Both the position numbers and the translations under genes were made by a program. From the IMG/VR virus record IMGVR_UViG_3300040801_004532, positions 62,001-126,000 of that record: 64,000 bases of DNA, one strand, 5' to 3'. Under the pieces are notes generated by a model, which saw nothing but the letters and a program-made list of their open reading frames with translations, ran no database searches and was not told the DNA's origin. Shown piece by piece: positions 23,692 to 33,435 of this stretch (position 1 is the first letter of the stretch; each line of letters begins with the position of its first letter).

Positions 23692-23873
23692 TCTCTATTC
23701 ATCTCCTTCCATTCAAGTATTGATTGTATGACTTCTTCTTTATATTGATGTGGAACATAAAATCTAGTCTTGTCCTCAAGCGTAATCCAAACAGAGTTTG
23801 GAAATTTAGATAAAACAAATTGCTGTTCTTTATCAGAATTGGTTTCAATCTCAAAACATTTCCTATATTTCAT
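23688..23873 (-). CDS. hypothetical protein
   Basis: ORF track, GAGG SD. Confidence 0.5.
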   Translation of the reverse strand: MKYRKCFEIETNSDKEQQFVLSKFPNSVWITLEDKTRFYVPHQYKEEVIQSILEWKEMNRE

Positions 23874-23897
23874 TTATTTGTTACCTCGTTTAAGAAA

Positions 23898-24635
23898 TTA
23901 TTCTAACCCATCATATTCAGATGGATTATTTTCCTTTGCAAATTTTTTCCATAGATCAATTCGCCTTTTTTGCTCTTCTTCACCAATCATATCAAGGTCA
24001 TACGGATTTCTATCATCCTGACCAATCGAATATTTTTCGTATATCATTAAAGCAACACATTGCCAAATAACCATAGCAAGATGATGGCAGTTGCTTTCTT
24101 CATCAATTTTTTCTCCTCGTAACCATTTATTTAGATGTCGTTGTAAGGGACCAATGACATTCTTTTTCCATGCTAATCCCTTTCTCCAATTATCATCGTC
24201 ATATTTAATTGTGCCGTATGTATATACTTTAGCAACTTCCTCTATGACCCAAGGAGGGATAAGATCGTGTCTAACCTTACCTTCACTAAATCTTGCAGCA
24301 GTTTCTTTTCCCATTTGCTGCTCTTCTTCTTGTGATCTTTTATATTTTTTAATCATCTTTTTCTCCAACACAGGAATACTTTCAGTCCCCATCCTTACAA
24401 ATCTATATTCCTTTTCTAGTTTATCTAATGTTCTTTCTGTAAACAATCTAAGATCTGATCGAATACCATCGTCATTTATATGTTGATCCATAAACATTAA
24501 AATACGATCACCAACTTCATATTTATCATAAACAGGGATAGATTGTAATTTCGGCAGTCTTTCCTCAGATATCGGCTTACTATCTTCTAGTTGCTTTTCG
24601 AAGTGTTCTCTCATTGTTGCTTCTTTCCTTACCAT
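23898..24635 (-). CDS. dATP/dGTP diphosphohydrolase (DUF5664-like)
   Basis: RFSEGKVRHDLIP...TYG..KY...NWRKG...RHL..W..GE..DEES..HHLA. Confidence 0.8.
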   Translation of the reverse strand: MVRKEATMREHFEKQLEDSKPISEERLPKLQSIPVYDKYEVGDRILMFMDQHINDDGIRSDLRLFTERTLDKLEKEYRFVRMGTESIPVLEKKMIKKYKRSQEEEQQMGKETAARFSEGKVRHDLIPPWVIEEVAKVYTYGTIKYDDDNWRKGLAWKKNVIGPLQRHLNKWLRGEKIDEESNCHHLAMVIWQCVALMIYEKYSIGQDDRNPYDLDMIGEEEQKRRIDLWKKFAKENNPSEYDGLE

Positions 24636-24844
24636 TCATATTTAGTATCATGGATTAAATTCATAATACTTTCAGAACAATTTTCAAGATGTTCTTCTGG
24701 ATCTGCTTCCATAGGATAATCGGTGTTATATACTTCACCAAATTCCCTCAAAAGATCTTTAATTTCTTTTTTCATTGCCTCATTAAATTCTATATCTTTT
24801 TCATATACCTCATCTACAAACCCATTATATTCTCTTATTTTCAT
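24629..24844 (-). CDS. hypothetical acidic protein
   Basis: ORF track. Confidence 0.5.
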   Translation of the reverse strand: MKIREYNGFVDEVYEKDIEFNEAMKKEIKDLLREFGEVYNTDYPMEADPEEHLENCSESIMNLIHDTKYEW

Positions 24845-24845
24845 T

Positions 24846-25325
24846 TTACTCCCTTGTGAAATATTCCATTAAAATTTCGCATGCCTCATACTCATTGTTA
24901 CACCATGTATGGACAGTTTTTTGTACGAATGGATGTTGGCATTGATAGTCATCTAAATCCTCTGCAAATGCGATTACAGTTTTCTCTGGATTCATGAAAT
25001 ACCAAGCTAACTCAAAATAACTACCCAATAGAGGTTTCGATGGATCATATTGATTCATATTTACAATGGCAATAGTAGAGCGAAGCACATAAGTGAGATC
25101 TTTTGGTGGCAATACATCAATGCCATTTATGCGTCGTTCTTTTGATACAGCGTATGTCTGCTCTTTTAACACCCTTGCATTGAATGGGTTCTTACAAGGA
25201 TCAATAATTTTGATTTGATCGCCTGTTCCAGTTTCTTCTATACAATTCGCTATATTTCGTCTCCATTGATATGTAACTTCATACTTTGGAGAAATCTGAC
25301 CAACTAAATAAATTGTTTCCATCAT
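24846..25325 (-). CDS. nucleoside 2-deoxyribosyltransferase-like protein
   Basis: IYLVGQIS...D...V...GSYFELAW. Confidence 0.65.
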   Translation of the reverse strand: MMETIYLVGQISPKYEVTYQWRRNIANCIEETGTGDQIKIIDPCKNPFNARVLKEQTYAVSKERRINGIDVLPPKDLTYVLRSTIAIVNMNQYDPSKPLLGSYFELAWYFMNPEKTVIAFAEDLDDYQCQHPFVQKTVHTWCNNEYEACEILMEYFTRE

Positions 25326-25825
25326 TCACTCCTTTTTGGTGGTTCTATTCCTTCTTCAGAACATGCCCATCTAAATCTCAACCACAATTCTCCCGGAAGA
25401 TTACGAACCTCATAATCTTTTCCCTTTTTTTCACAATCTTCAATTCCAAGCTTCATCCCACTACTAATATCAAGATCAACATAAAAGACAGTTTTTTCAG
25501 AAACGTCCCTCCAATAAAATCCAGCATCAATTCCCAATTTTCTTTCTTCTGGAATATGATCTCTTAAAACGTATTTCCTTGTATAAAGTAAATGAGAAGC
25601 GTAGGGACTTTCATTATGATTTACTATACAATCATGCATACAAAATTCGCCATAAATTTCATTTAGTTTGACGTTTCCCGCATACGGGGATTCAATTATT
25701 ACCCGCTTCATTTTTTGTTTCTCCAATTCAGCTTGCTTCACTATTTCTTTTTCCTGGTCTAACCAATCTTGATCAGCTGGAATATAATAGCCGCTATCCA
25801 TTTTCTCAACATCCTTTCTCTTCAA
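25322..25825 (-). CDS. hypothetical protein (deoxyribosyltransferase-like fold possible)
   Basis: VIIESPYAGNV...PYASHLLYT...ER..GI. Confidence 0.6.
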   Translation of the reverse strand: MKRKDVEKMDSGYYIPADQDWLDQEKEIVKQAELEKQKMKRVIIESPYAGNVKLNEIYGEFCMHDCIVNHNESPYASHLLYTRKYVLRDHIPEERKLGIDAGFYWRDVSEKTVFYVDLDISSGMKLGIEDCEKKGKDYEVRNLPGELWLRFRWACSEEGIEPPKRSE

Positions 25826-26072
25826 TCAATTCAACTAAAACATCCCCATGACAAGCACTTGGTTTGCACCAACACCCAAGTGTTTTTCCCTTTAGTTCAT
25901 GTAGGTCATTTAATAACTTATCGTTTGATAAAATATATTCACGATATTTTCTAATCACTTCTTGCCTATTTCCATCTTTGCCAATCATAAATGGATTCCC
26001 CCATTTAGATGGTCGCCCAATATAAATATCATATTTTTCTCTTTTACAATGTACAACCCTTGTTTCATTCAT
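25806..26072 (-). CDS. DUF4326 protein
   Basis: VVHCK...YIGRPSKWGNPF...LGCWCKP..CHGDVL. Confidence 0.8.
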   Translation of the reverse strand: MNETRVVHCKREKYDIYIGRPSKWGNPFMIGKDGNRQEVIRKYREYILSNDKLLNDLHELKGKTLGCWCKPSACHGDVLVELIEEKGC

Positions 26073-26464
26073 ACTAAATGTACCTTCAACGGATCATTTA
26101 CTCGTTTCGTAAATTTTCTTAACGTATCTTCTGTTCCGCCTTTCTTTCGTTTTAGGACTTCATCAAGTCCATCTTCCGGAGCTACAACACACGCAATTAT
26201 TTCATCAGAATTCTCAGCTACATGGCCATTCCGTATGAATAGAGCAGCAGGACTTCCATGCTTTTTATACGCAGGCGGAAATCTTAACATTGGGATTCCT
26301 TCTTTTTCTGAAATTTTATCTGCAAATCTATCGCCGCCCTGCTTACAACCACCGGAACAAATCCAATCTCCATCTTCGTATATTTCATCAAATTTAGCTT
26401 TAACCTTCTTGTATGCCTCGGTTGAATCCCTCCGGCGGGTACCAATAACCCCGATTACCTTCAT
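26069..26464 (-). CDS. SLOG/DprA-like (YspA-type) protein
   Basis: VIGVIGTRR...SGGC..GGDRFA...RN..VA...GGT. Confidence 0.65.
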   Translation of the reverse strand: MKVIGVIGTRRRDSTEAYKKVKAKFDEIYEDGDWICSGGCKQGGDRFADKISEKEGIPMLRFPPAYKKHGSPAALFIRNGHVAENSDEIIACVVAPEDGLDEVLKRKKGGTEDTLRKFTKRVNDPLKVHLV

Positions 26465-26990
26465 TCTCTTCTCTCCTTCTACAATATTGATCAGGTATAA
26501 AAAATTCATTTGCTAAAAAAGATGTTTCTGGTTGAGATGCATGACTGAACTTAAACAATTTCATATTACCGTGTTTTGTAACATCCTCTTTGAGTTCAAT
26601 AAATGGCCAAACAAGATCAGAAAATACAGTCAAGTCCCCGGTTTTAAAAATTAAATCATCTCGTCGATAATGAAGCATTGCTTTAACCAAAGATTTAAAA
26701 TCATAATCATTAAATCTTTCTCGTTCGGCATGATTATCAAAAATCATAAAGGGCAAGATTTGAGGGTCCTCATATTTAATCTGTTCAATAATCCAATATG
26801 ATGGTTGCCAGTCCATCCCATCTTCCCACATTTCTGCATAATAATAATCATATGGTATACCAAATCTATGATACGTTGGATGTGGCCAATTCTCAGATGC
26901 AACCCGAAATTTCGTCCTGGCATCTACAATGAGATCAACACCTCTTAGAAAATGGGTTGGATGGTTGCTTGTTGTGTTTGCGTAGATCAT
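26400..26990 (-). CDS. hypothetical protein
   Basis: ORF track 196 aa. Confidence 0.55.
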   Translation of the reverse strand: MIYANTTSNHPTHFLRGVDLIVDARTKFRVASENWPHPTYHRFGIPYDYYYAEMWEDGMDWQPSYWIIEQIKYEDPQILPFMIFDNHAERERFNDYDFKSLVKAMLHYRRDDLIFKTGDLTVFSDLVWPFIELKEDVTKHGNMKLFKFSHASQPETSFLANEFFIPDQYCRRREENEGNRGYWYPPEGFNRGIQEG

Positions 26991-26994
26991 TTTT

Positions 26995-27729
26995 TCACTC
27001 CATTGAAAATTGAAATATCTTTTGTTTTAATATTATGGGATCATCAAGTTCATATTCCCAAATAATAAGAGTTTTATATCCAAACTGTTCAAAATGTTTG
27101 GTTCGTTCTTCATCTTCTTTCTTGTGCCAATATAACCCAAAATATTCAATTATTTTCTTCTCATTGTAATTAATAAAATCTGGATTCTTTCCTCCAATCC
27201 AAACTTTAAAATCCCCAACATAATCAAAATCAACATCAAGTTTAGAGAAAAGATCAATTAATTTTTTCTCGTGATTATTTGGTTTTGTTCTACATCCCTT
27301 TAAAAATTTCTTCAAAAACCCTTCATCTTTAAAATTATTTATACCTCGTTCTATAGCATCTTGTAATAATTTTTTATCAGACCATGCTTTCTTAACAGAT
27401 TTACTCATCTTTAATCGTTCTTTTTTTGAATAAACTTTTCTATAGCAAGGGTTCTTATCTCCCAACATTTCCCTTCTTCGGCCCTCTTTAAATTTATCTG
27501 TATGTTTCATACCATAAAATGGATTATCCTCACCAACTCTGGTCCCCTTTAAGCTTCTACTTTTTCTTCGTCTAACAGCAGGGCAGGAATTATGAGATTT
27601 AGAACAACATATATTTCCATTCTTCATAGTATATTTTCCTACCTTGCCACAACCATATTTACAATAAATGCTCAAACACCCGTACCTCCAAAGATGAATT
27701 ATCAAGCAAATACTTAGCTGATGAATCAT
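26995..27729 (-). CDS. NUMOD3-containing homing endonuclease (Vsr/PD-(D/E)xK-like)
   Basis: GEDNPFYGMKHT repeats; PNNHEK...PDF...IIEYFGLYWH; exact start uncertain. Confidence 0.75.
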   Translation of the reverse strand: MIHQLSICLIIHLWRYGCLSIYCKYGCGKVGKYTMKNGNICCSKSHNSCPAVRRRKSRSLKGTRVGEDNPFYGMKHTDKFKEGRRREMLGDKNPCYRKVYSKKERLKMSKSVKKAWSDKKLLQDAIERGINNFKDEGFLKKFLKGCRTKPNNHEKKLIDLFSKLDVDFDYVGDFKVWIGGKNPDFINYNEKKIIEYFGLYWHKKEDEERTKHFEQFGYKTLIIWEYELDDPIILKQKIFQFSME

Positions 27730-28198
27730 AGAATGTCATTTTTGTAATGATAATCTCTTCAATGCCAGCATTAATTATTTCAACTAAACATGGTGAACAC
27801 GGAACTCCACACGACATATAGAGCTTTGCTCCTTTCGTTTTGATTCCATGACGACCAGCATTGATTAAAGCATTTCTTTCAGCGTGGCCAGCCACACACC
27901 ATTGAAGCCCTTCTCCAGATTTAAAGCCAGCAACATAACGAGGGCATATTTTATGATGTGCTTCATCATCTGGATTAATTCCCTTATTTTTTAACATTGC
28001 TCGCATTTCTGGATCAATCTTAAATCGTTCCCAGCAGTGCGGAATTCCGCGTGGCGGACCATTATAGCCTTGGCTGATAATTGTTCGATCTCTTACAAGC
28101 AATGCACCAATATGCCTTGATAAACAATTGCTTTTTTCGCCAACAACATTGCACATATGTAGATACCAAGGATCCCATTCTAGATACCGTTCTTTCAT
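27659..28198 (-). CDS. dCMP/dCTP-type deoxycytidylate deaminase
   Basis: SNCLSR.IGA...GYNGPP...HAERNA...PCSPC. Confidence 0.9.
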   Translation of the reverse strand: MKERYLEWDPWYLHMCNVVGEKSNCLSRHIGALLVRDRTIISQGYNGPPRGIPHCWERFKIDPEMRAMLKNKGINPDDEAHHKICPRYVAGFKSGEGLQWCVAGHAERNALINAGRHGIKTKGAKLYMSCGVPCSPCLVEIINAGIEEIIITKMTFYDSSAKYLLDNSSLEVRVFEHLL

Positions 28199-28213
28199 AC
28201 CAGCATTCTCCTT

Positions 28214-28555
28214 TTACCGATGGTCTCCATCTCCATGAAGCACATCTCTTTTTTTTCTATCGCTCAATTTTTCATTGTTTCGTTTTGGAATTTCGTTATA
28301 GTCTATTCCAAGCCAATCACAAAATCTAGCAGAATACCAATGATAATCACCCATCTCTTCTATGATTGCCTGCTTAAACTCGTCATCAATTACACCATTT
28401 TTATCTCTAAATAGCTTTTTAACTTTCTCAGTAAATTCTCCAACTTCACCAACAATTCCCAAGACATAATATAACCAACCAGGGTCTAAACAATCTTGGG
28501 CTGAGGTTCCGACATCAGTTTTCCTACACTCTTTTTGATATTCATTAAAGTCCAT
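28214..28555 (-). CDS. MazG-like nucleotide pyrophosphohydrolase
   Basis: LGIVGEVGEFTEKVKK...EEMGD..WY...N.EKL..R. Confidence 0.8.
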   Translation of the reverse strand: MDFNEYQKECRKTDVGTSAQDCLDPGWLYYVLGIVGEVGEFTEKVKKLFRDKNGVIDDEFKQAIIEEMGDYHWYSARFCDWLGIDYNEIPKRNNEKLSDRKKRDVLHGDGDHR

Positions 28556-29187
28556 TAGCACCCACTTTCATGATGGTCACATGTACATTCGGATTTTCCA
28601 CATGCGCAAACGGGAGGTTCATATCCACTATGAATTTGACTCATAGTATAACCAAATTGATTTTGAAGGATTTGAAGAATTAATTCTTTTGACATACCAA
28701 GGAGGGGCGCAACAATTTTGATTGGTTTTACTCCGCTTATTGCACTTACTTCATTCATCTTTACAACATATTCTTGATAACAATCTGGAAATAAATTGAT
28801 TCGATCTGAATAATCAGGGCCATACCATACTTCATCTATTCCCATATTTTCTGCAACGCTCATAGCAAGTCCTAAAAATATAGTATTTCTTGCCGGCACA
28901 TTCATTGGATGAACATTTTCCCATCGAGACTCAACGAGATCTCCAGTCAACCCACTATTAATATTTAGTCCATTAATTTTGATTATCTGATATTTAACAT
29001 CTATAGAATCTAATTGTTTAACTGCATAATCTAATTCTTCAATGTGTTTTTGTCCATAATCAATTAATAAGCAATAAGGATTTTTTCCTGCCATTTTTGC
29101 AAGATGAAGCATCAATAAACTATCAGCTCCGCCGCTATATAACATTACTACATCAACATTAAGAACTTCATTTGCTACATTTTCCAT
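28555..29187 (-). CDS. queC: 7-cyano-7-deazaguanine synthase-like protein (divergent C-terminus)
   Basis: LYSGGADS, DYGQKH, VPARNTIF, FPDC, APLL..SK; AGGAG SD before MENVANE. Confidence 0.8.
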   Translation of the reverse strand: MENVANEVLNVDVVMLYSGGADSLLMLHLAKMAGKNPYCLLIDYGQKHIEELDYAVKQLDSIDVKYQIIKINGLNINSGLTGDLVESRWENVHPMNVPARNTIFLGLAMSVAENMGIDEVWYGPDYSDRINLFPDCYQEYVVKMNEVSAISGVKPIKIVAPLLGMSKELILQILQNQFGYTMSQIHSGYEPPVCACGKSECTCDHHESGC

Positions 29188-29274
29188 TAAACCTTCTCCT
29201 TTCACAATTTGGTTTTTGTTACTCATTAAACAGTTTATCATCTCAAAAAATTTTATAGTTAAATTCTCATTGTC

Positions 29275-29294
29275 TATATATATAAATAACTGAA
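29275..29294 (+). promoter_or_regulatory. candidate phage promoter TATATATATAAATAACTGAA
   Basis: identical copy at 34171-34190 and 17/20 match at 58585-58604; each precedes a + strand unit. Confidence 0.55.
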
Positions 29295-29503
29295 TGATAG
29301 AGCATTTGGTTTTCAAAAGAAAGGAGAACTGGGTGGATCGTGGATCAATCTTTACAATAATAATCGTATTCGCTCTATCATTAACTGGTGCTATTATAGG
29401 CATGTTGGTAGGCGCAATTGTTCTACCAACTCGTTTCCTTGATGGAAAAGTAAATTCCATTGGGGATATTTTAACCCCGCAAGATGATCGGGATAAAATT
29501 TAA
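29294..29503 (+). CDS. small membrane protein
   Basis: one TM helix; start may be downstream of the AGGAG at about 29320. Confidence 0.45.
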   Translation: MIEHLVFKRKENWVDRGSIFTIIIVFALSLTGAIIGMLVGAIVLPTRFLDGKVNSIGDILTPQDDRDKI

Positions 29504-29514
29504 AGGAGGAGAAA

Positions 29515-30030
29515 ATGACCGACTCGTTGATGGACAAGGCTTATCGATCCGGAAAAGGCGAAATCAATGAACCCACATCAAAAAAAGGATCCCCCATGAA
29601 ATCACCGAAAAAAGGCAACGTCTTCAGCAACATGTGGTTCGGTATCAAAACGATCGCGTTCATGGTCATCGTGGCATTCTCGTTTTACTCCGGGATGTAT
29701 GTGGTGTCGAGTCATCACACCGACCCCGAGGCCAAAATGACCGCCAGCATCGAACGCGCCCTGGCCAGCACCGAGAAGCAGCCGGTTATCGTCATCACGC
29801 CAGAACCGTCAATCATCGAACGAGCAAAGATGATGGTCGGCGTCGAAATTGAACGGCCCGTGGTTCACATCACCACGCAGGACGCGACAAATCTTCTCGG
29901 TATCGTATCCGATGAGCCGGGGTTTGTCAAGGCGGCCTTGACCGGCACCAAAGACCTGGCCCAAAAGACCTGGTCGGGAACAAAGGAAATTTCGGCGAAG
30001 ACCTACAACTGGGCTAAATTTTGGGATTAA
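29515..30030 (+). CDS. GC-rich single-TM hypothetical protein
   Basis: GGAGGAG SD; composition visibly GC-richer than the flanks. Confidence 0.65.
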   Translation: MTDSLMDKAYRSGKGEINEPTSKKGSPMKSPKKGNVFSNMWFGIKTIAFMVIVAFSFYSGMYVVSSHHTDPEAKMTASIERALASTEKQPVIVITPEPSIIERAKMMVGVEIERPVVHITTQDATNLLGIVSDEPGFVKAALTGTKDLAQKTWSGTKEISAKTYNWAKFWD

Positions 30031-30116
30031 GCAATCCCAACCCCGCCTCGTAATCCTGCCAAAAATTGGAAGTTTGTCTGCGTGAATAGATGGGATTCGC
30101 AGCCCTACCCTTCTTT

Positions 30117-30153
30117 AAATATGAGCTTGGGTTCTCCAATGCTCATATTTTTT
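30117..30153 (+). terminator. intrinsic (possibly bidirectional) terminator
   Basis: AAATATGAGC...GCTCATATTT hairpin plus T-run between convergent genes. Confidence 0.6.
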
Positions 30154-31159
30154 GCCACTCTTTATAATTTTCATTATTTATATTGTCAAAAGACAATTTA
30201 TTATAACATGAAAATAATGCTGCAGTTCTCAATCTATCATAATAATCCAACCCCCACTTTATTTTTTTGTCTACATTATTTTCAGTTACATTTATTACAC
30301 ACTCTTCATCCTTAAAATATTTCAATAGTCTAACTGTATCTCTTAATATTAAGGGCGTTCCTGACCGTAAAATTTCTGTAGAAACCCGCGGACATCCATC
30401 TTTCAAATTACTAAAATTCAAACCCAATTTACTTTTGTTTAAAACAATATTTAGTTCAGGACGAGATAGGGGACCAAGGAAATCAATATTTGAAAGGTTA
30501 TATTTTTTTGCCAACTTTTTCCCTATTTCTGGCTTGTTTCCACAATGAGCAATTCTCAAATTTTTTAAGTCAGTTTTGGAAACAATACTCATAAATTTCT
30601 CTTGCCCTTTATATTTAATTTGAGTAAAATTGCATGGCCAGCAAATATCATAGACCTTTTCTAATGGAAGGGGTTTGAAGATTTTTGGTGATGCAGTTTT
30701 ATAGAATGGAATAGTTGAGTAACCTGATTTTATATCTCTTTCATCTTCAATAAGTACATGATCATATTTCCCGCCGTACTGCGGATATTGTCGAATTCCA
30801 GCACCCAAGTATAATTTCATACCAAAATGATTCGGATTCATTTTAGTTACTTGATCATATTCTTTGAATCCACCTCTCCAAAATGAAACGTCAGGGGATG
30901 GATAATCTAAGGTTTCTCTAAAGTTACAAACCCATCGCTGGATATACTTTTTACCATTTACATCAAAAACAATATCCTCTTTTTTATCTTTAGTTAATCT
31001 CCAAATTATAATTTCATTTGCTAAATTATTGTTTAATAGCCAAAGAGACAATAACATATAATAATCATGACAATTATCTTCAAATGATTTTAGGTCTTTA
31101 TATTTATGATAATATTCAAGTGGTATTAAATTACTTCTGAACAACCAAAAACTTTGCAT
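30143..31159 (-). CDS. glycosyltransferase (GT-B, family 1/4-like)
   Basis: FLGPLSRPEL...S.LGL..SN..DGCPRV..E...SGTP. Confidence 0.65.
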   Translation of the reverse strand: MQSFWLFRSNLIPLEYYHKYKDLKSFEDNCHDYYMLLSLWLLNNNLANEIIIWRLTKDKKEDIVFDVNGKKYIQRWVCNFRETLDYPSPDVSFWRGGFKEYDQVTKMNPNHFGMKLYLGAGIRQYPQYGGKYDHVLIEDERDIKSGYSTIPFYKTASPKIFKPLPLEKVYDICWPCNFTQIKYKGQEKFMSIVSKTDLKNLRIAHCGNKPEIGKKLAKKYNLSNIDFLGPLSRPELNIVLNKSKLGLNFSNLKDGCPRVSTEILRSGTPLILRDTVRLLKYFKDEECVINVTENNVDKKIKWGLDYYDRLRTAALFSCYNKLSFDNINNENYKEWQKI

Positions 31160-31349
31160 GATATTCCTTTCTTCGTGGAGATGGCGGGGAAGTAGGACGA
31201 TTGTACATTACCTGAAAGGCACATGTTTTTCCATTTAATCCAGGATATAATATACAACACCTTGCCCCAAGACCAAACAGACTTCTTTTTATATTTTTAT
31301 TTTTACACCATGCACCACAGTCATTATATTGACAATTGATATTAATCAT
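31131..31349 (-). CDS. small Cys-rich protein
   Basis: ORF track. Confidence 0.5.
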   Translation of the reverse strand: MININCQYNDCGAWCKNKNIKRSLFGLGARCCILYPGLNGKTCAFQVMYNRPTSPPSPRRKEYHAKFLVVQK

Positions 31350-31498
31350 TCACATTCCTCCAAATCAATTTCTTCAACGATAGGTTCACATTCACGAAGG
31401 AATGATTTAATGGATTCTTCTCGGTTTTTTAATCGTTCTTCTTTCATTTTCTTAGCTGTTTCCTCATCCAAAACAACTACTGTCTTTGAGTGTAACAT
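31346..31498 (-). CDS. small hypothetical protein (50 aa)
   Basis: manual translation MLHSKTVVVLDEE...; fills the gap between genes. Confidence 0.45.
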   Translation of the reverse strand: MLHSKTVVVLDEETAKKMKEERLKNREESIKSFLRECEPIVEEIDLEECE

Positions 31499-32407
31499 TT
31501 ATAGATCTCGCTCCCCTTTTAGCATATCTCTTGTAACAGAAAGGTCATTACAAGTCCATGCGTCCCACATAAAATCATTGATATATGAGTATGGAAGATA
31601 TCCGTATCCCCCTTGTCCCCAATATGGACCCCAGCTATTCTTAAATTTAATCAACTTTCTGCTATCATCATAACCAACAGCACAGATAGCATGACCGCCG
31701 TACATCTCATTTGGGTTTGCAGGATAAGGTACAATTCCATCGCTTCCAACATAAAAAATTTCTCTAAAACATGCTACTCCGATTGGAATTGGTCTTTCAA
31801 CTAAAGCAGCCTTGAGTTCGCTCAATGATTCAATTCTCCAATAGGATTCAATCATGTTCCATCTTGCAGTCATATTAGCCCAGCTAGCGGGTTTCCCATA
31901 ATCACTATCATTGTAAGGCCAAGCTTTTTCTTTTGGAACTCCAATTCTATTAAGAACCTTCATAGCAAATCTAATTGATGTTCCTTCTTCGTCTGGCCAA
32001 TAGTCAATCTCCTTACACTTCCAATATACCCACGCCTCAGAAAGGTCATAAACTTCTCCCTTTCTATGATCTTTTTTACCTTCCAAAACTTCTTCTTTAT
32101 GTTCTTTTGTTTCTTGCCATTCTTTCATAGCTGTTACAGCAAATCCAACACAGCTCCCCAAATATAGTTGGTCCTTAACTGGAGTCATAGCTGGAGTATG
32201 ATCAACTTTAGATGGCAATGAAAGAAGTACTTCATCAACAGAATCAACTGTTTTAAGAAGTCTTGTCTGAAATTTATAATCTCTCTCGTCTTCTGGATCT
32301 CGATAATATGTAAGAGGTCTTCTAAAATCCTGTGCTTCTAATTGACGATTTATGATCCTTTTAAAAAATTTTTTTCCTTTGATAATTAATTTTTTATAAT
32401 AAAACAT
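31499..32407 (-). CDS. papain-like C1 family cysteine peptidase
   Basis: VKDQ...GSCVGFA, GGHAICAVGYD, KNSWG..WG..GYG. Confidence 0.9.
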   Translation of the reverse strand: MFYYKKLIIKGKKFFKRIINRQLEAQDFRRPLTYYRDPEDERDYKFQTRLLKTVDSVDEVLLSLPSKVDHTPAMTPVKDQLYLGSCVGFAVTAMKEWQETKEHKEEVLEGKKDHRKGEVYDLSEAWVYWKCKEIDYWPDEEGTSIRFAMKVLNRIGVPKEKAWPYNDSDYGKPASWANMTARWNMIESYWRIESLSELKAALVERPIPIGVACFREIFYVGSDGIVPYPANPNEMYGGHAICAVGYDDSRKLIKFKNSWGPYWGQGGYGYLPYSYINDFMWDAWTCNDLSVTRDMLKGERDL

Positions 32408-32415
32408 GTTTCCTC

Positions 32416-33435
32416 CTAATATGACCATTCAGGTATTTGTTCCAACCTGACATCATATTTATTAGCTCTCTTATCTGGCCGTATTCTAAGAAATCCAGGA
32501 TGTGAAAATGTTATTGATTTGCTGCTCCCAATTAAATTATACACACCATTTTTAAACTCGTATGTTGGTGTTGGTGTTATTCTATTTCTAAAATAATTTA
32601 CCTCAATGATCAAATTTGGCTTTACAAAAAATTCACCCTTTTTAGAATACAAGGTGTTGTCTTTAATAAATTTATAAAGTGCCTGTCGTCTTTTCCTTTT
32701 AAATCCAGTACCAATTTTTGAACTACTTCGAAATTTACCATCTCGATCTATAAATGATGTAAGAAGATAAGATACCTCATCCTTACTCCATGCTTTCATA
32801 TCCTCATGCCCGGCACCAATTACAACAACATCAGCAGAAGATACAAATTTGATTTTGTAATTTTTACCATCAACATTTCTTCCGATAACACCATCGAATC
32901 CTTCAGCATTTAATGTTTCTTCATATAAATCTCTAAACTCTTTTAATCCACCAACAACCATTTTAGGTCTTGTAATATGTGGTAACCCATATGAACCCAA
33001 TGTTTTATCAAAGAAATGCAACGATTCCCTAAAGCTATATTTTTTATTATTTATTTCAATAACATCAAGCGGATAGTGATAAATCAAATCTTTGTTTTGT
33101 GGTTCGGCAAATCTTTTAACAACGCTTTGTGTTTTATTAAAAGGGAGAAGCCTTCCAGAAACTTTGGCTATCAATTCTCCAGGAATTTTGGCACTTTCAA
33201 TACCATTCTTTTTAAATAATGTTTCATACTCATTTATGGCTGGAATATCAACAATTTCCCTGGCTCTAGTAGTTTGAAAAAATGGTTTTGATCCTGCTTC
33301 ATAAACTAAGACTCCGAGCATTCCATCAACCTTCTGAATAAAATACCCACCAGAGAATTGTAATGAAACAAAATCATTATAAGAAATCTGTCTTAATCCA
33401 ATATCTTTTTTCCATTGTTCAGCATAATTTTTCAT
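32416..33435 (-). CDS. ATP-dependent DNA ligase (LigC/LigD-like)
   Basis: QKVDG (motif I), GEL, LDV, DGVI, YKIK...D.VVIG, IGTGF, P.F.R.RPDK. Confidence 0.8.
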   Translation of the reverse strand: MKNYAEQWKKDIGLRQISYNDFVSLQFSGGYFIQKVDGMLGVLVYEAGSKPFFQTTRAREIVDIPAINEYETLFKKNGIESAKIPGELIAKVSGRLLPFNKTQSVVKRFAEPQNKDLIYHYPLDVIEINNKKYSFRESLHFFDKTLGSYGLPHITRPKMVVGGLKEFRDLYEETLNAEGFDGVIGRNVDGKNYKIKFVSSADVVVIGAGHEDMKAWSKDEVSYLLTSFIDRDGKFRSSSKIGTGFKRKRRQALYKFIKDNTLYSKKGEFFVKPNLIIEVNYFRNRITPTPTYEFKNGVYNLIGSSKSITFSHPGFLRIRPDKRANKYDVRLEQIPEWSY

